Shown here: positions 48,329 to 60,456 of the stretch, in pieces
Position numbering within the stretch: position 1 is the stretch's first letter
Layout of the letters: each line of letters opens with the position of its first letter
Assembly: GCA_964629655.1 (NCBI GenBank)
Contig: CAZVQU010000002.1
Coordinates: 298,840 to 362,839 of the forward strand
Reading direction: 5' to 3'
DNA: 64,000 bases
DNA from: an uncultured Planctomycetia bacterium
GTDB taxonomy: Bacteria; Omnitrophota; Gorgyraeia; Duberdicusellales; 4484-171
The notes under the pieces: generated by a model
Told to the model about the DNA's origin: nothing
The model's input: only the letters and a program-made list of their open reading frames with translations
Database searches by the model: none
Position numbers and translations under genes: made by a program

Positions 48329-51300
48329 CCTCCTTTATTTCTTTATGGTATTCCTGAAGAGATTTTGGTGAGATTTTCTTCCCCCTCAATGCTTCAATCC
48401 CTTCAAGGCTGGCTTGGGCGGCAGCCATAGATGTAATGTAAGGAATCTTCTGTTGAATAGCCATAATACGAATATAACTATCATCGTATTTACTATTACT
48501 ACCAATAGGTGTATTTATAATTAGATGGATATCTCCATTTTTAATCGCATCAGAAAGGTTAGGCCTCCCTTCATGGAGCTTCTTTACTTCGGTACTATCT
48601 ATGCTGTTTTCTTTAAGGAAGTTACTAGTTTTTTCGGTAGCGTAAATGTTAAAACCAAGCTTATCAAACCCCTTAGCTATACGGATTAACTCCGGCTTAT
48701 CCTTGTCGGTTACAGTAAGCAGAACATTTCCCTCTGTAGGAAGCTTTAAATTTGCAGCTAATTGAGCTTTATAAAAAGCAAGCCCAAAAGTATCAGCAAT
48801 GCCCATTACCTCTCCGGTGGCCCTCATTTCAGGACCTAGCAGAGGGTCTACCTCAGGAAACATATTAAAGGGAAAAACTGCTTCTTTAACCCCGATATAA
48901 GGAACTTTGTGAGACTTTTGGAGCTCGGGAAAATCTTTCAGCTTCTTACCGAGCATCAGTTGGGTTGCAATTCGAGCCATAGAAACTGCCATAATCTTTG
49001 AAACTAAAGGTACTGTTCGAGATGCTCTAGGATTAGCTTCTAAAATATATACCTTGTCATCGCAGATAGCATACTGAACATTTATCAACCCAACAACTTT
49101 AAGCTCCTTTGCAATTTTAACGGTATAATCATCAATGACCTTTAGGTGCTCTTCCTTGATAGTCCTGGTTGGAATTACACAGGCAGAATCACCAGAGTGA
49201 ACTCCGGCAAGCTCTATGTGCTCCATTACCGCGATAACACGAGCATTCTCTCCATCAGCAAGAGCATCAACTTCAGCTTCGATAGCATGTTCTAGGAATC
49301 TATCAATAAGCATAGGAAATTCCGGACTTACCTTGATAGCTTCCTCAGCATACTTTCGTAATACTATCTCATTGTAGATAATTTTCATACCCCGGCCGCC
49401 TAAGACAAAAGAAGGGCGAACCATAAGAGGATATCCTATTTTATTAGCAATTTTTACAGCCTCATCCAATGACCGAGCCGTACCGCTCTCAGGTTGAGGG
49501 ATACCAAGAGCAATCATCCTCTCTCTGAAGTATTCCCTATCTTCTGCCAAACGGATACTTTCTGGTGAAGTGCCCAAAATATTTACTCCGTTATCCTTTA
49601 GCTGTTGGGCAATGTTTAAAGGCGTTTGTCCGCCAAACTGAACGATAACTCCCTCGGGCTTCTCTTTCTCATAAATAGTCAATACATCTTCCACCGTCAA
49701 CGGCTCAAAGTAGAGCTTATTAGATGTATCATAGTCAGTAGATACTGTCTCAGGGTTACAATTTACCATAACTGACTCATAGCCTTCATCCCGCAAGGCA
49801 AAGGCTGCGTGAACGCAAGTATAATCAAACTCTATTCCCTGGCCAATCCGGTTAGGCCCGCCACCTAAGATTAATATCTTCTTATTCGGTGATACCGACA
49901 CCTTATCTTCTCCGATATATGTTGAGTAATAGTAAGCTGCGTTTTCTACTCCGCTAACCGGAACTACATCATAGCATTCGATCTTCCCAAGAGCTAATCT
50001 CTTTTCTCTTACTTGTTTTTCTTTTACCATAAAGATCTCAGCTAAATATTTATCTGAAAACCCTAATTCCTTTGCTTTAATTAACTTATCATCAGGTAAA
50101 TCTTCCCATTTATTCTTAATTATCTCCTCTTCAAAATCAACTAACTCCTTCATCTCGTTAAGAAACCAAGGATGAATATAAGTAACTTTGTAGAGCTCTT
50201 CGACTGAAATCCCTCTACGCAAAGCCTCATATATTAAAAATATACGCTCACTTGAAGGCGTACCTAATTTCCCTTTTAATTTTTCTATCGGAAGGGCTTT
50301 GAATTTCTCAACCCCTAATCCAGCCCGACCTATTTCTAAGGAGCGAATTGCCTTCTGAAAAGACTCTTTGAATGTTTTTCCTATGCTCATTACCTCACCA
50401 ACTGCCTTCATCTGAGTTCCTAAGATATCTTTTGCCTTAGGAAACTTCTCAAAGGCCCAGCGGGCAAACTTAATAACCACATAGTCGCCGCTAGGTGCAT
50501 ACTTCTCCAAAGTCCCTTCTTTCCAATAAGGAATCTCATCCATTGATAATCCGGCAGCTAACTTTGTTGAAATACGAGCGATTGGAAAACCGGTTGCCTT
50601 TGAAGCTAGAGCTGAGGAACGAGATGTCCTGGGATTAATCTCAATAACTACTATCCGGTCATCCTTAGGGTTATGGGCAAATTGAATATTAGTCCCGCCA
50701 ACAACACCAATTGCATCTACTATACGGTAAGAGTAAACTTGTAATTTATCTTGTATTTCTTTTTTTACGGTAAGCATTGGGGCGGAACAAAAGCTATCTC
50801 CGGTATGAATGCCCATCGCATCAATATTTTCGATAAAGCATACGGTAATCTTCGCATTTTTGTGATCGCGCACAACTTCCAACTCTAGTTCTTCCCAACC
50901 AATGACTGCTTCCTCAACTAAGACTTGATGAACAAGGCTTACTGATAATCCCCGAGTAACAATGACCCTTAGTTCTTCTACATTATAGGCGATTCCGCCA
51001 CCGGTTCCTCCCATTGTATAAGCTGGACGCAATACTACCGGATAGCCTATTCTTGCAGCTATCGCTTCAGCCTCTTCAACTGAATGGCTAATTTCAGATT
51101 CAGGAAGAGGGATATCTAACTTCTTCATTGTCTCTTTAAAAACAAGACGATCTTCTCCGCGTTCAATAGCATCAGCTTTAACACCAATAATCTTAACTCC
51201 ATACTTCTTCAAGATGCCAGAGCTATGGAGACTCGAAGACAAATTAAGACCAGTTTGACCTCCCAAGTTAGGAAGAAGAGCGTCAGGTCTTTCTTTCTCA

Positions 51301-51533
51301 ATAATCTTCTCCAAACTCTCAACATTAAGAGGCTCAATGTAAGTTTTATCAGCCATTCCAGGATCAGTCATAATAGTTGCCGGATTAGAGTTAACCAAAA
51401 CAACCTCATATCCCTCCTCTTTTAAAGCTTTACAGGCTTGGGTCCCAGAATAATCAAACTCACAGGCTTGCCCAATGATAATTGGCCCGGAACCAATGAT
51501 CAAAACTTTTTTAATGTCTTCGTACCTCGGCAT
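48315..51533 (-). CDS. carB: carbamoyl-phosphate synthase large subunit
   Basis: 1072 aa. Duplicated ATP-grasp halves. Begins [30 protein letters not shown]. Has a C-terminal MGS-like domain. Strong RBS GGAGGAGG. No carA immediately upstream. Confidence 0.9.
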   Translation of the reverse strand: MPRYEDIKKVLIIGSGPIIIGQACEFDYSGTQACKALKEEGYEVVLVNSNPATIMTDPGMADKTYIEPLNVESLEKIIEKERPDALLPNLGGQTGLNLSSSLHSSGILKKYGVKIIGVKADAIERGEDRLVFKETMKKLDIPLPESEISHSVEEAEAIAARIGYPVVLRPAYTMGGTGGGIAYNVEELRVIVTRGLSVSLVHQVLVEEAVIGWEELELEVVRDHKNAKITVCFIENIDAMGIHTGDSFCSAPMLTVKKEIQDKLQVYSYRIVDAIGVVGGTNIQFAHNPKDDRIVVIEINPRTSRSSALASKATGFPIARISTKLAAGLSMDEIPYWKEGTLEKYAPSGDYVVIKFARWAFEKFPKAKDILGTQMKAVGEVMSIGKTFKESFQKAIRSLEIGRAGLGVEKFKALPIEKLKGKLGTPSSERIFLIYEALRRGISVEELYKVTYIHPWFLNEMKELVDFEEEIIKNKWEDLPDDKLIKAKELGFSDKYLAEIFMVKEKQVREKRLALGKIECYDVVPVSGVENAAYYYSTYIGEDKVSVSPNKKILILGGGPNRIGQGIEFDYTCVHAAFALRDEGYESVMVNCNPETVSTDYDTSNKLYFEPLTVEDVLTIYEKEKPEGVIVQFGGQTPLNIAQQLKDNGVNILGTSPESIRLAEDREYFRERMIALGIPQPESGTARSLDEAVKIANKIGYPLMVRPSFVLGGRGMKIIYNEIVLRKYAEEAIKVSPEFPMLIDRFLEHAIEAEVDALADGENARVIAVMEHIELAGVHSGDSACVIPTRTIKEEHLKVIDDYTVKIAKELKVVGLINVQYAICDDKVYILEANPRASRTVPLVSKIMAVSMARIATQLMLGKKLKDFPELQKSHKVPYIGVKEAVFPFNMFPEVDPLLGPEMRATGEVMGIADTFGLAFYKAQLAANLKLPTEGNVLLTVTDKDKPELIRIAKGFDKLGFNIYATEKTSNFLKENSIDSTEVKKLHEGRPNLSDAIKNGDIHLIINTPIGSNSKYDDSYIRIMAIQQKIPYITSMAAAQASLEGIEALRGKKISPKSLQEYHKEIKEGDNG

Positions 51534-51619
51534 AGTCCTCCTCCTTTGCTTGCTGCATATCAGCTAATTTAGTCGATAATAATTTTGGATCGATCCTTCC
51601 AGAAGTTTCTTAAAGCCCA

Positions 51620-51665
51620 AAAATAGAAAAAGCGTCCCTTCACTTCATTGTTAGCAAAGGGACGC
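51620..51665 (-). terminator. intrinsic-terminator-like hairpin in the carB 5' leader (candidate attenuator)
   Basis: On the minus strand GGCGTCCCTT-(17-nt loop)-AAGGGACGC forms a perfect 9-bp stem, followed by TTTTTCTATTTTT. It lies ~90-130 nt upstream of the carB ATG and just downstream of a TTGACT-17-GATAAT promoter-like element (~51702-51674). Confidence 0.5.
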
Positions 51666-51819
51666 CTTTATCCACATTGGAAATGATTATCCAACAAATT
51701 TGGCTAATAGTCAAGAAAAAAAATAATAAAAAATAGCCTTTTTTTATCTACAAAAACCCTTGAAAAGACTAGTATTTATAAGCATTTTTGCATAGTGTAA
51801 AAGAAACTAAAGAAAATGC

Positions 51820-51856
51820 TTGACAAATGTAAAGTAATAGTTTACACTTGTAATGT
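51820..51856 (+). promoter_or_regulatory. glnA promoter region with TGTAA/TTACA inverted-repeat operator-like elements
   Basis: TTGACA at 51820-51825. 17 nt downstream is TACACT (a weak -10) or TAATGT. Half-sites TGTAAA (51828-33), TTTACA (51841-46) and TGTAAT (51849-54) form overlapping inverted repeats that cover the -35/-10. Confidence 0.45.
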
Positions 51857-51910
51857 AAGGATATCTGGTTGGTTTACAAAACTGATGAAACTACCTAAAA
51901 AGGAGGAAAA

Positions 51911-53446
51911 ATGGAACAAGAATATTTCAGCCCAACCCAAGCCGCTAAAATTTTAGGGATATCTCGTCAAGCAGTCATTGAGCGTATAAAACATGGGGCT
52001 CTTTATGCTGAAAGGGTAGGGAAGAGATATATAATCCCTAGAAACCAACTTCCAGAGGAAGGAGCTCTCCCCGGTAAAAAGGAAACTAAAATAAGTATTT
52101 CTTCAAGCAGTAAGAAGAATCGCAAGGAGGCAATACGAAAAGTCTTAGAAACAGTACATAAGGAAAGTATAAGAACTATCCAGTTATGGTTTGTAGATAT
52201 CTTAGGAACCTTGAAATGCGTTTCTATTACACAAGGTGAGTTAAAGGGCGCCTTGGAACATGGTAAAGGGTTTGATGGTTCTTCTGTTACTGGTTTTGCC
52301 GAAGCTGAAGAAAGTGACATCCTTGCTCTACCTGATCCCAGTACATTCAAAGTATTACCTTGGACAGTTGAAACTGATCCTACTGCCAGAATGCTCTGTG
52401 ATATACTGAATCCGGATCACACTCCTTATGCAGGGGATACTCGTTATGTTCTAAAACGTGCATTGGCCCGAGCAAAGAGAAACGGTTTTACCTTTTATAT
52501 CGGTCCCGAGATAGAATACTTCTACTTTAAATCTGATCGCAAACCTGAAGTAATAGATGAGGGTTCCTACTTTGAACTAATACCTAATGATTTAGCTAAT
52601 ACTTTAAGAAACAAAACTATAAGAACTCTAGAAGAGATGGGTATACCTATGGAAGCAACACATCATGAGGTAGCGCCTTCACAGCATGAGATTGACCTCC
52701 AGTATAATGATGCCCTTACTATGGCTGATAGCGTAATAACCTGTAAATATGTAATTAAGGAAATCGCCCAGCAAAGTGGTGTATATGCAACCTTTATGCC
52801 TAAACCTCTATTTGGAGTAAATGGTTCAGGGATGCATGTTCACCAGTCTCTATTTAAAGGAAAACAAAACGCCTTCTTTGACAAGAAGGATAAACACCAT
52901 CTATCCTCTATCGCTAAAGGATTTATTGCCGGTGAGCTTAAACATGCCCGGGAGATATCCTCCCTGACTGCTCAGTGGGTAAACTCCTATAAGCGTCTGG
53001 TTACCGGATATGAAGCGCCAGTCTATGCTTCTTGGGCGAGTAAGAACCGTACAGCTCTGCTTCGGGTTCCGGTGTACCGAATAGGTAATGAAAAAGCAAC
53101 CCGGGTAGAATTGCGTTGTCCTGATCCGGCCTGCAACCCTTATCTAGCTTTTGCGGTAATGTTGGCAGCAGGCTTAGAGGGTATAGAGAAAAAATACCCG
53201 TTACCTGCGGTAGTTGAGCCTAATATCTATCGCATGGCTATGGAAGAGCGGGAAAGAAGGGGCTTGACCTCGCTTCCCGGAAATCTCTTTGAAGCTATTG
53301 TTGAAACAGAAAAGAGTGATTTTGTACGAGAAACTTTAGGAGACCATATCTTCAATAGATTTTTGTTTAATAAGAAAAAGGAATGGGAAGATTACCGAAT
53401 GCAGATTACCCAATATGAAATAAAAAAGTATCTTCCTATGCTCTAA
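51911..53446 (+). CDS. glnA: glutamine synthetase type I fused to an N-terminal excisionase/MerR-like HTH DNA-binding domain
   Basis: 511 aa. Residues ~5-50 (FSPTQAAKILGISRQAVIERIKHGALYAERVGKRYIIPRNQL) look like an HTH_17/excisionase-type domain. The remainder is GS-I (beta-grasp + catalytic domain, with the NPYLAFAVMLAAGLEGI motif). RBS AAGGAGG. Confidence 0.85.
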   Translation: MEQEYFSPTQAAKILGISRQAVIERIKHGALYAERVGKRYIIPRNQLPEEGALPGKKETKISISSSSKKNRKEAIRKVLETVHKESIRTIQLWFVDILGTLKCVSITQGELKGALEHGKGFDGSSVTGFAEAEESDILALPDPSTFKVLPWTVETDPTARMLCDILNPDHTPYAGDTRYVLKRALARAKRNGFTFYIGPEIEYFYFKSDRKPEVIDEGSYFELIPNDLANTLRNKTIRTLEEMGIPMEATHHEVAPSQHEIDLQYNDALTMADSVITCKYVIKEIAQQSGVYATFMPKPLFGVNGSGMHVHQSLFKGKQNAFFDKKDKHHLSSIAKGFIAGELKHAREISSLTAQWVNSYKRLVTGYEAPVYASWASKNRTALLRVPVYRIGNEKATRVELRCPDPACNPYLAFAVMLAAGLEGIEKKYPLPAVVEPNIYRMAMEERERRGLTSLPGNLFEAIVETEKSDFVRETLGDHIFNRFLFNKKKEWEDYRMQITQYEIKKYLPML

Positions 53447-53477
53447 GATCTAAAAGACAACAGAAAATTCAAAGCAT

Positions 53478-53512
53478 AAAAAAACGCCTCCGGAAACTTG
53501 GAGGCGTTTTTA
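53478..53512. terminator. bidirectional Rho-independent terminator between convergent glnA and gdhA
   Basis: AAAAAACGCCTCCGGAAACTTGGAGGCGTTTTT has a perfect 8-bp GC-rich stem (ACGCCTCC/GGAGGCGT), flanked by an A-run and a T-run. Confidence 0.85.
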
Positions 53513-53538
53513 ATTCTCTCTATTTGTCTAGTCTCTGA

Positions 53539-56323
<2,785 letters not shown>

Positions 56324-56327
<4 letters not shown>

Positions 56328-57154
56328 AGCTTGTAAAGGTTACAAATATGTTTCTCTTTATCCTCGTACACCTTGTTTCTCTTAATCAACTCATCCCAAT
56401 CGATTAAAGAAGCATCAAATTCCGGGCCGTCAATACAGGTAAATTTAGCCTTACCATCTACAGTAACCCGGCAACCACCACACATGCCAGTAGCATCAAT
56501 CATCAAAGAATTTAAAGAGACTAATGTCTTTACTCCTGAATCCTTAGTAACCAAAGACACATTCTTCATCATCGGGATAGGGCCAACAGCATAAATAAGG
56601 TCGTATTTTTCTCTCCCGATAAGCTCCTTTAATATGGTTGTAGTAAACCCTTTTTGGCCATAAGAACCATCATCAGTAGCAATGAACAGTTGATCAGATG
56701 CAGTTTTCAACTCCTCTTCCAAAATTAACAGGTCTCTTGTCCTTGCTCCTAATATCGTAGTTAGATGATTTCCCGCAGACTTCAACTCCCTTGCTGCCGG
56801 ATAAATCTCAGCAATGCCGACTCCTCCACCTACCAGGATTACTTTTCCGTATTTTTTTATCTCAGTATGATGCCCTAAGGGACCTACTATGGCATAAATA
56901 GATTTTCCCTTATCTAGCTTGCCGAGAAGCTTAGTGGTTAAACCTACCTCTTGGATAATTAAGGTAATAGTGCCGGCTCTAGTGTCCTTCTCAACTACAG
57001 TCAAAGGCACCCTCTCTCCCTCCTCAACCACCATTACAATCACGAATTGGCCCGGTTTTGCTTTCTTGGCAATCAAAGGAGCTATTACCTCTAATTGGGT
57101 AATTTTTACCCCTGAACCATCAACTAAAATCTTTTTCTCTACTATTTCTGCCAT
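56324..57154 (-). CDS. PyrK-like FAD/[2Fe-2S] electron-transfer subunit (NfnA/SudB-type partner of the GltD-like subunit)
   Basis: 276 aa. Ferredoxin-NADP-reductase-like fold motifs and C-terminal Cys cluster (CGGCRV...C). Overlaps the GltD-like gene by 4 nt. Confidence 0.7.
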
Positions 57155-57265
57155 TTTACCTTCCTAAAATAAAAAAGGCGCCTTTTCTTTGTTTCGTTAC
57201 TAAGAAAAGACGCCTTCGTCTTCCCTAATATAACAAGAGAAAACAAATTGTCAAGGGATTTCTTA

Positions 57266-57769
57266 TTATCCAGAAGTAAGCCACAATTGGACCACCCCAC
57301 TAACTATTAAACTTACTATTACACCAGCAATGGCAATCCCAAGCAGAATCGCCAGAAAGGCTCTTTTGACCTTAATCTCAAATAAAGTTGCAGCTGCTGT
57401 TCCGGTCCAAGCCCCGGTTATTGGCAAGGGTATAGCCACAAAAAGAACTAAACCCCAAAATCCCCATCGTTCTACGAGCTTTGATTTTTTCTCCACCCTT
57501 CTAAACCACCACCTAAAGAATTTGCCTATAAACTTTATATTCTCGAGGTGGTGGAAAAAATACTTAAAAAATAACAATAAGGGTAATACCGGTATTAGAT
57601 TTCCCAATAGGGCTAAAAGATAGAGACGAGATAAAGGTATGCCTAGAGAAAAACCCAAAGGAATTGCCCCCCTTAATTCAAAAATAGGCAGAGCGGCCAC
57701 CCCGGCTATTTTCAGCTCATCTGGCAAAGCCGCAATCCAACCAGGCAAATTAATTCCAACCATACTCAT
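57266..57769 (-). CDS. small polytopic membrane protein (possibly COG2426 / small multidrug-export-like family)
   Basis: 167 aa. 4-5 hydrophobic helices with an FFRWWFRRVEKK basic loop. The family call is low confidence. Confidence 0.4.
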   Translation of the reverse strand: MSMVGINLPGWIAALPDELKIAGVAALPIFELRGAIPLGFSLGIPLSRLYLLALLGNLIPVLPLLLFFKYFFHHLENIKFIGKFFRWWFRRVEKKSKLVERWGFWGLVLFVAIPLPITGAWTGTAAATLFEIKVKRAFLAILLGIAIAGVIVSLIVSGVVQLWLTSG

Positions 57770-57799
57770 TCTTCCCTAAAACATCAAAGGTATATTTGA

Positions 57800-58468
57800 T
57801 CATTTTTCCAATTGCAAAATAAACTTTATAAACCTTATTGTGTCTACAAAGGGATTAATCCTGCTATGTGGGCTCTTAAAATAGATACTCCTTATCGGTA
57901 TACTCTTTATCGGAAACCCTGAACGGGCCGCTTTTATAAGAATTTCGGATTCGATTTCGAAATTATTTGTCTTTATATTTATCTTCTCTAAAACCTCTCT
58001 TTTAATCAAGCGAAAACCGCACTGAGTATCCGGTATTGCCTGCCGGGCTATCCGAGAAATGAGACAAGACATAACCTTGTTAGTAATAATCCGTAGCTTC
58101 GGCATACCGATAGGATCAGACATCCGATTACCAACAATAAAATATGCTCCTCCTTCTTCTTTTGCCTTCTGTAAGAATTTATTTAAATCTGCAGGTGAAT
58201 GCTGTCCATCAGCATCCATAGTAACTACATAATCGAAGTCGACCTCTTTAAGAAGATAATCGATTCCTTTTTTCAAAGACATCCCTTTACCTAAGTTCTT
58301 ATCATTTCTAATAACAAAGTCAGCTTTTTTTTCAGCCACCTCATAAGTATTGTCTATTGAACCGTCATCTATCACTAGAATAGAAAAATTCTTACTCCTT
58401 AGCTCATCAAGGATGCCGGCTAAGCGAAATCTCTCGTTGTAAGCAGGAATTACAATCCAAACCCTCAT
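57800..58468 (-). CDS. family 2 glycosyltransferase (polyprenol-phosphate/Dpm1-like)
   Basis: 222 aa. IVIPAYNE...LVIDDGSIDNT...MDADGQH motifs. No membrane-spanning C-terminus. Confidence 0.75.
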   Translation of the reverse strand: MRVWIVIPAYNERFRLAGILDELRSKNFSILVIDDGSIDNTYEVAEKKADFVIRNDKNLGKGMSLKKGIDYLLKEVDFDYVVTMDADGQHSPADLNKFLQKAKEEGGAYFIVGNRMSDPIGMPKLRIITNKVMSCLISRIARQAIPDTQCGFRLIKREVLEKINIKTNNFEIESEILIKAARSGFPIKSIPIRSIYFKSPHSRINPFVDTIRFIKFILQLEK

Positions 58469-59319
58469 TAAGCTTTAGACTCCTCATCCACCCAGCGTCT
58501 TCGGAACATATACCACTGTTGAGGATATTTCTTTATGTATTTTTCCAATACTCGATTACACTGTCTGATTATCGAAACTTCATCTTGTTGTTCTTTATTG
58601 TAAATAATCGGTTTTTCACAGACCAAATGGTAAAACTTCTTATCTTTGCGAACTAAAAAAATAGGAATAATAGGTGCCCCGGTCTTTAAAGCGAAAAAAG
58701 CTATCCCTCGAGGAAAATAAGCCTGCCGAGAAAACATATCAAGCTTTACACCAGTGCCTGAAAAATCCCTATCCCCTAAAAGGGCAAGCATATCGCCGCT
58801 TCCTAGAGCAGAGAAGCAACTTCGGATAGTTGTTCCGGTAGGAATCACCTTCATTCCCACTCTTTGACGTTGACCGTCAAAGAATCTATTTATCCTCTTA
58901 TCCTTATGGGAAAGAGCAACTACTGAAAGCGGATAGCCTAGAAGAGATAAAATTGCTCCGGCTAGCTCATAATTTCCCAGATGAGCAGCAAGAACAATAA
59001 CCCCCTTACCTTCGGCTAAAGCTTTATCTAAATTCTCTAAGCCCTCTAGTTCTATATACTTTTTTATAAAATCTTGATTTAGTCTTGAATAGCGAAAAAA
59101 ATCTACCAAATAATAGGCAAAATTAATAAATACCTCTTGGGTATAACTCTTTAATTTACCCCTCTCTGTAATTACTGGAGAAAGATTATAATTTACAGTC
59201 TCGCGATCTTCTTTAGAAAGGTAATAATGTATTGTCGAGACAAATCGAGCAAACGAATAGCAAGTATTCCGGGGAAAAATTGAGGTTAACAGGCTCCCGA
59301 GAAGATAAAGATAATACAT
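58468..59319 (-). CDS. lipid A biosynthesis late acyltransferase (LpxL/HtrB/MsbB family)
   Basis: 283 aa. LABLAT-type acyltransferase. C-terminal KYPQQWYMFRRRW matches the HtrB hallmark P(E/Q)QW(L/Y)W.HRRWK. N-terminal TM segment. Confidence 0.7.
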   Translation of the reverse strand: MYYLYLLGSLLTSIFPRNTCYSFARFVSTIHYYLSKEDRETVNYNLSPVITERGKLKSYTQEVFINFAYYLVDFFRYSRLNQDFIKKYIELEGLENLDKALAEGKGVIVLAAHLGNYELAGAILSLLGYPLSVVALSHKDKRINRFFDGQRQRVGMKVIPTGTTIRSCFSALGSGDMLALLGDRDFSGTGVKLDMFSRQAYFPRGIAFFALKTGAPIIPIFLVRKDKKFYHLVCEKPIIYNKEQQDEVSIIRQCNRVLEKYIKKYPQQWYMFRRRWVDEESKA

Positions 59320-60434
59320 TAACTTACCAGTTCTAAAATTAAATCAACTATTCTTAAAGAGGAATCAATGAAAGAATTCTCTTTCGCCCTCTCTCTTAAA
59401 GAATACATTTCTTTCTTATTCTTAAGCAGCCTCCCGACAACCTGATCTATCTCGCTAACATAGTCAGCCTCTATCACTGCTTTCATCTTAGAAAGATACT
59501 GCACATTCCGCTCCTCCTGGCCAGGAATCGGGTGAGTGGTAATTATGCACAGCCCTTTGGCCAAAGCTTCGGAAATGGTTATTCCTCCACCCTTAGTAAC
59601 TATGATATCGACAAAATCCATAACTTTATGGATATCTTCGGTGTAGCCAAAGACAAATAGCGGCTTTTTAAATTTTGTTTCCCTCTTTAGAAACCAATTA
59701 TGGAGTTTCTTATTCCGGCCGCAAACTACTATAATCTGAAAATCATGCTTGAGAGAATCTAGCTTCTTGGCAATAACTTTTATTGGTCCAATGCCTAATC
59801 CACCGCCCATAATCAATACAGTATCTAAGCCACTCACAAATCCTAGCTCCTCGCTAATCTGGGTCTTAGGGTAAGTAGTTAGAAATTTCACCGATATAGG
59901 TATCCCCAGAATTTTTACTTTGTCCTCGCTGACCCCCTCGCCGATTAAAACATTTTTTGCTTCCTGGCAAGCAACAATATATCTATCAACAAGAGGATGA
60001 ACCCAAAAGCGGTTAGGATGATAATCGGTCACTATTGCAACTAGAGGAACATCTAAGCCCTCCTTGGCTTTAAAGTCAGCGATTAAACCACAGGGAAAAG
60101 CCTGAGTAGCTACAAAACAACTGGGCGGATGTTGGATGGTAAGCTTGTGCAGGCGCGAGAAAGCAAATTTATTTATTATTTTTCTATAAGGAGTAAGCGC
60201 TTTTACCACTTTACGACGATCATAGGCTCTTCCCCAAAGATGGGGAAAGTGTTTTATAACCGTGATATAAATAGAGTTGACTATCTTCTCACCTCGAGGG
60301 TAAAAATAGCCAAAACCATTTAGGCTTAGAACCTTTATTTGGGGATTCTTGTAAAGAAGAGCCTCTTTCAAATTCTGGGCAGCTTTATTGTGGCCACCAA
60401 ACTCAGATATATGAAAAATGTGTACTTTCTTCAT
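59319..60434 (-). CDS. GT28 diacylglycerol glycosyltransferase (MGDG synthase / UgtP-like)
   Basis: 371 aa. Motifs FGGHNKAA (cf. UgtP GNGHVQVA), VTKGGGITISEA (cf. ITKPGGITLTEA) and PIPGQEERN (cf. PVPGQEKEN). Confidence 0.7.
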   Translation of the reverse strand: MKKVHIFHISEFGGHNKAAQNLKEALLYKNPQIKVLSLNGFGYFYPRGEKIVNSIYITVIKHFPHLWGRAYDRRKVVKALTPYRKIINKFAFSRLHKLTIQHPPSCFVATQAFPCGLIADFKAKEGLDVPLVAIVTDYHPNRFWVHPLVDRYIVACQEAKNVLIGEGVSEDKVKILGIPISVKFLTTYPKTQISEELGFVSGLDTVLIMGGGLGIGPIKVIAKKLDSLKHDFQIIVVCGRNKKLHNWFLKRETKFKKPLFVFGYTEDIHKVMDFVDIIVTKGGGITISEALAKGLCIITTHPIPGQEERNVQYLSKMKAVIEADYVSEIDQVVGRLLKNKKEMYSLRERAKENSFIDSSLRIVDLILELVS

Positions 60435-60456
60435 CTCTTTATAAAATATCCTTCAC

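Noticed and set aside
51534-51700. PyrR-type pyrimidine attenuator in the carB leader
   Set aside because: A terminator hairpin is present, but I found no PyrR binding-loop motif (CCAGAGAGG-like) and too little leader for the canonical antiterminator/anti-antiterminator arrangement.
51824-51846. Canonical GlnR/TnrA box upstream of glnA
   Set aside because: The half-sites TGTAA/TTACA are present, but the spacing is 9 nt rather than the 7 nt of TGTNA-N7-TNACA. It is reported only as a GlnR-like operator candidate.
57160-57230. Terminator between the small membrane protein gene and nfnA
   Set aside because: There is a palindrome AAAAGGCGCCTTTT (no loop) and a short AAGACG/CGTCTT hairpin, but no convincing stem + U-tract geometry. 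Left unannotated.
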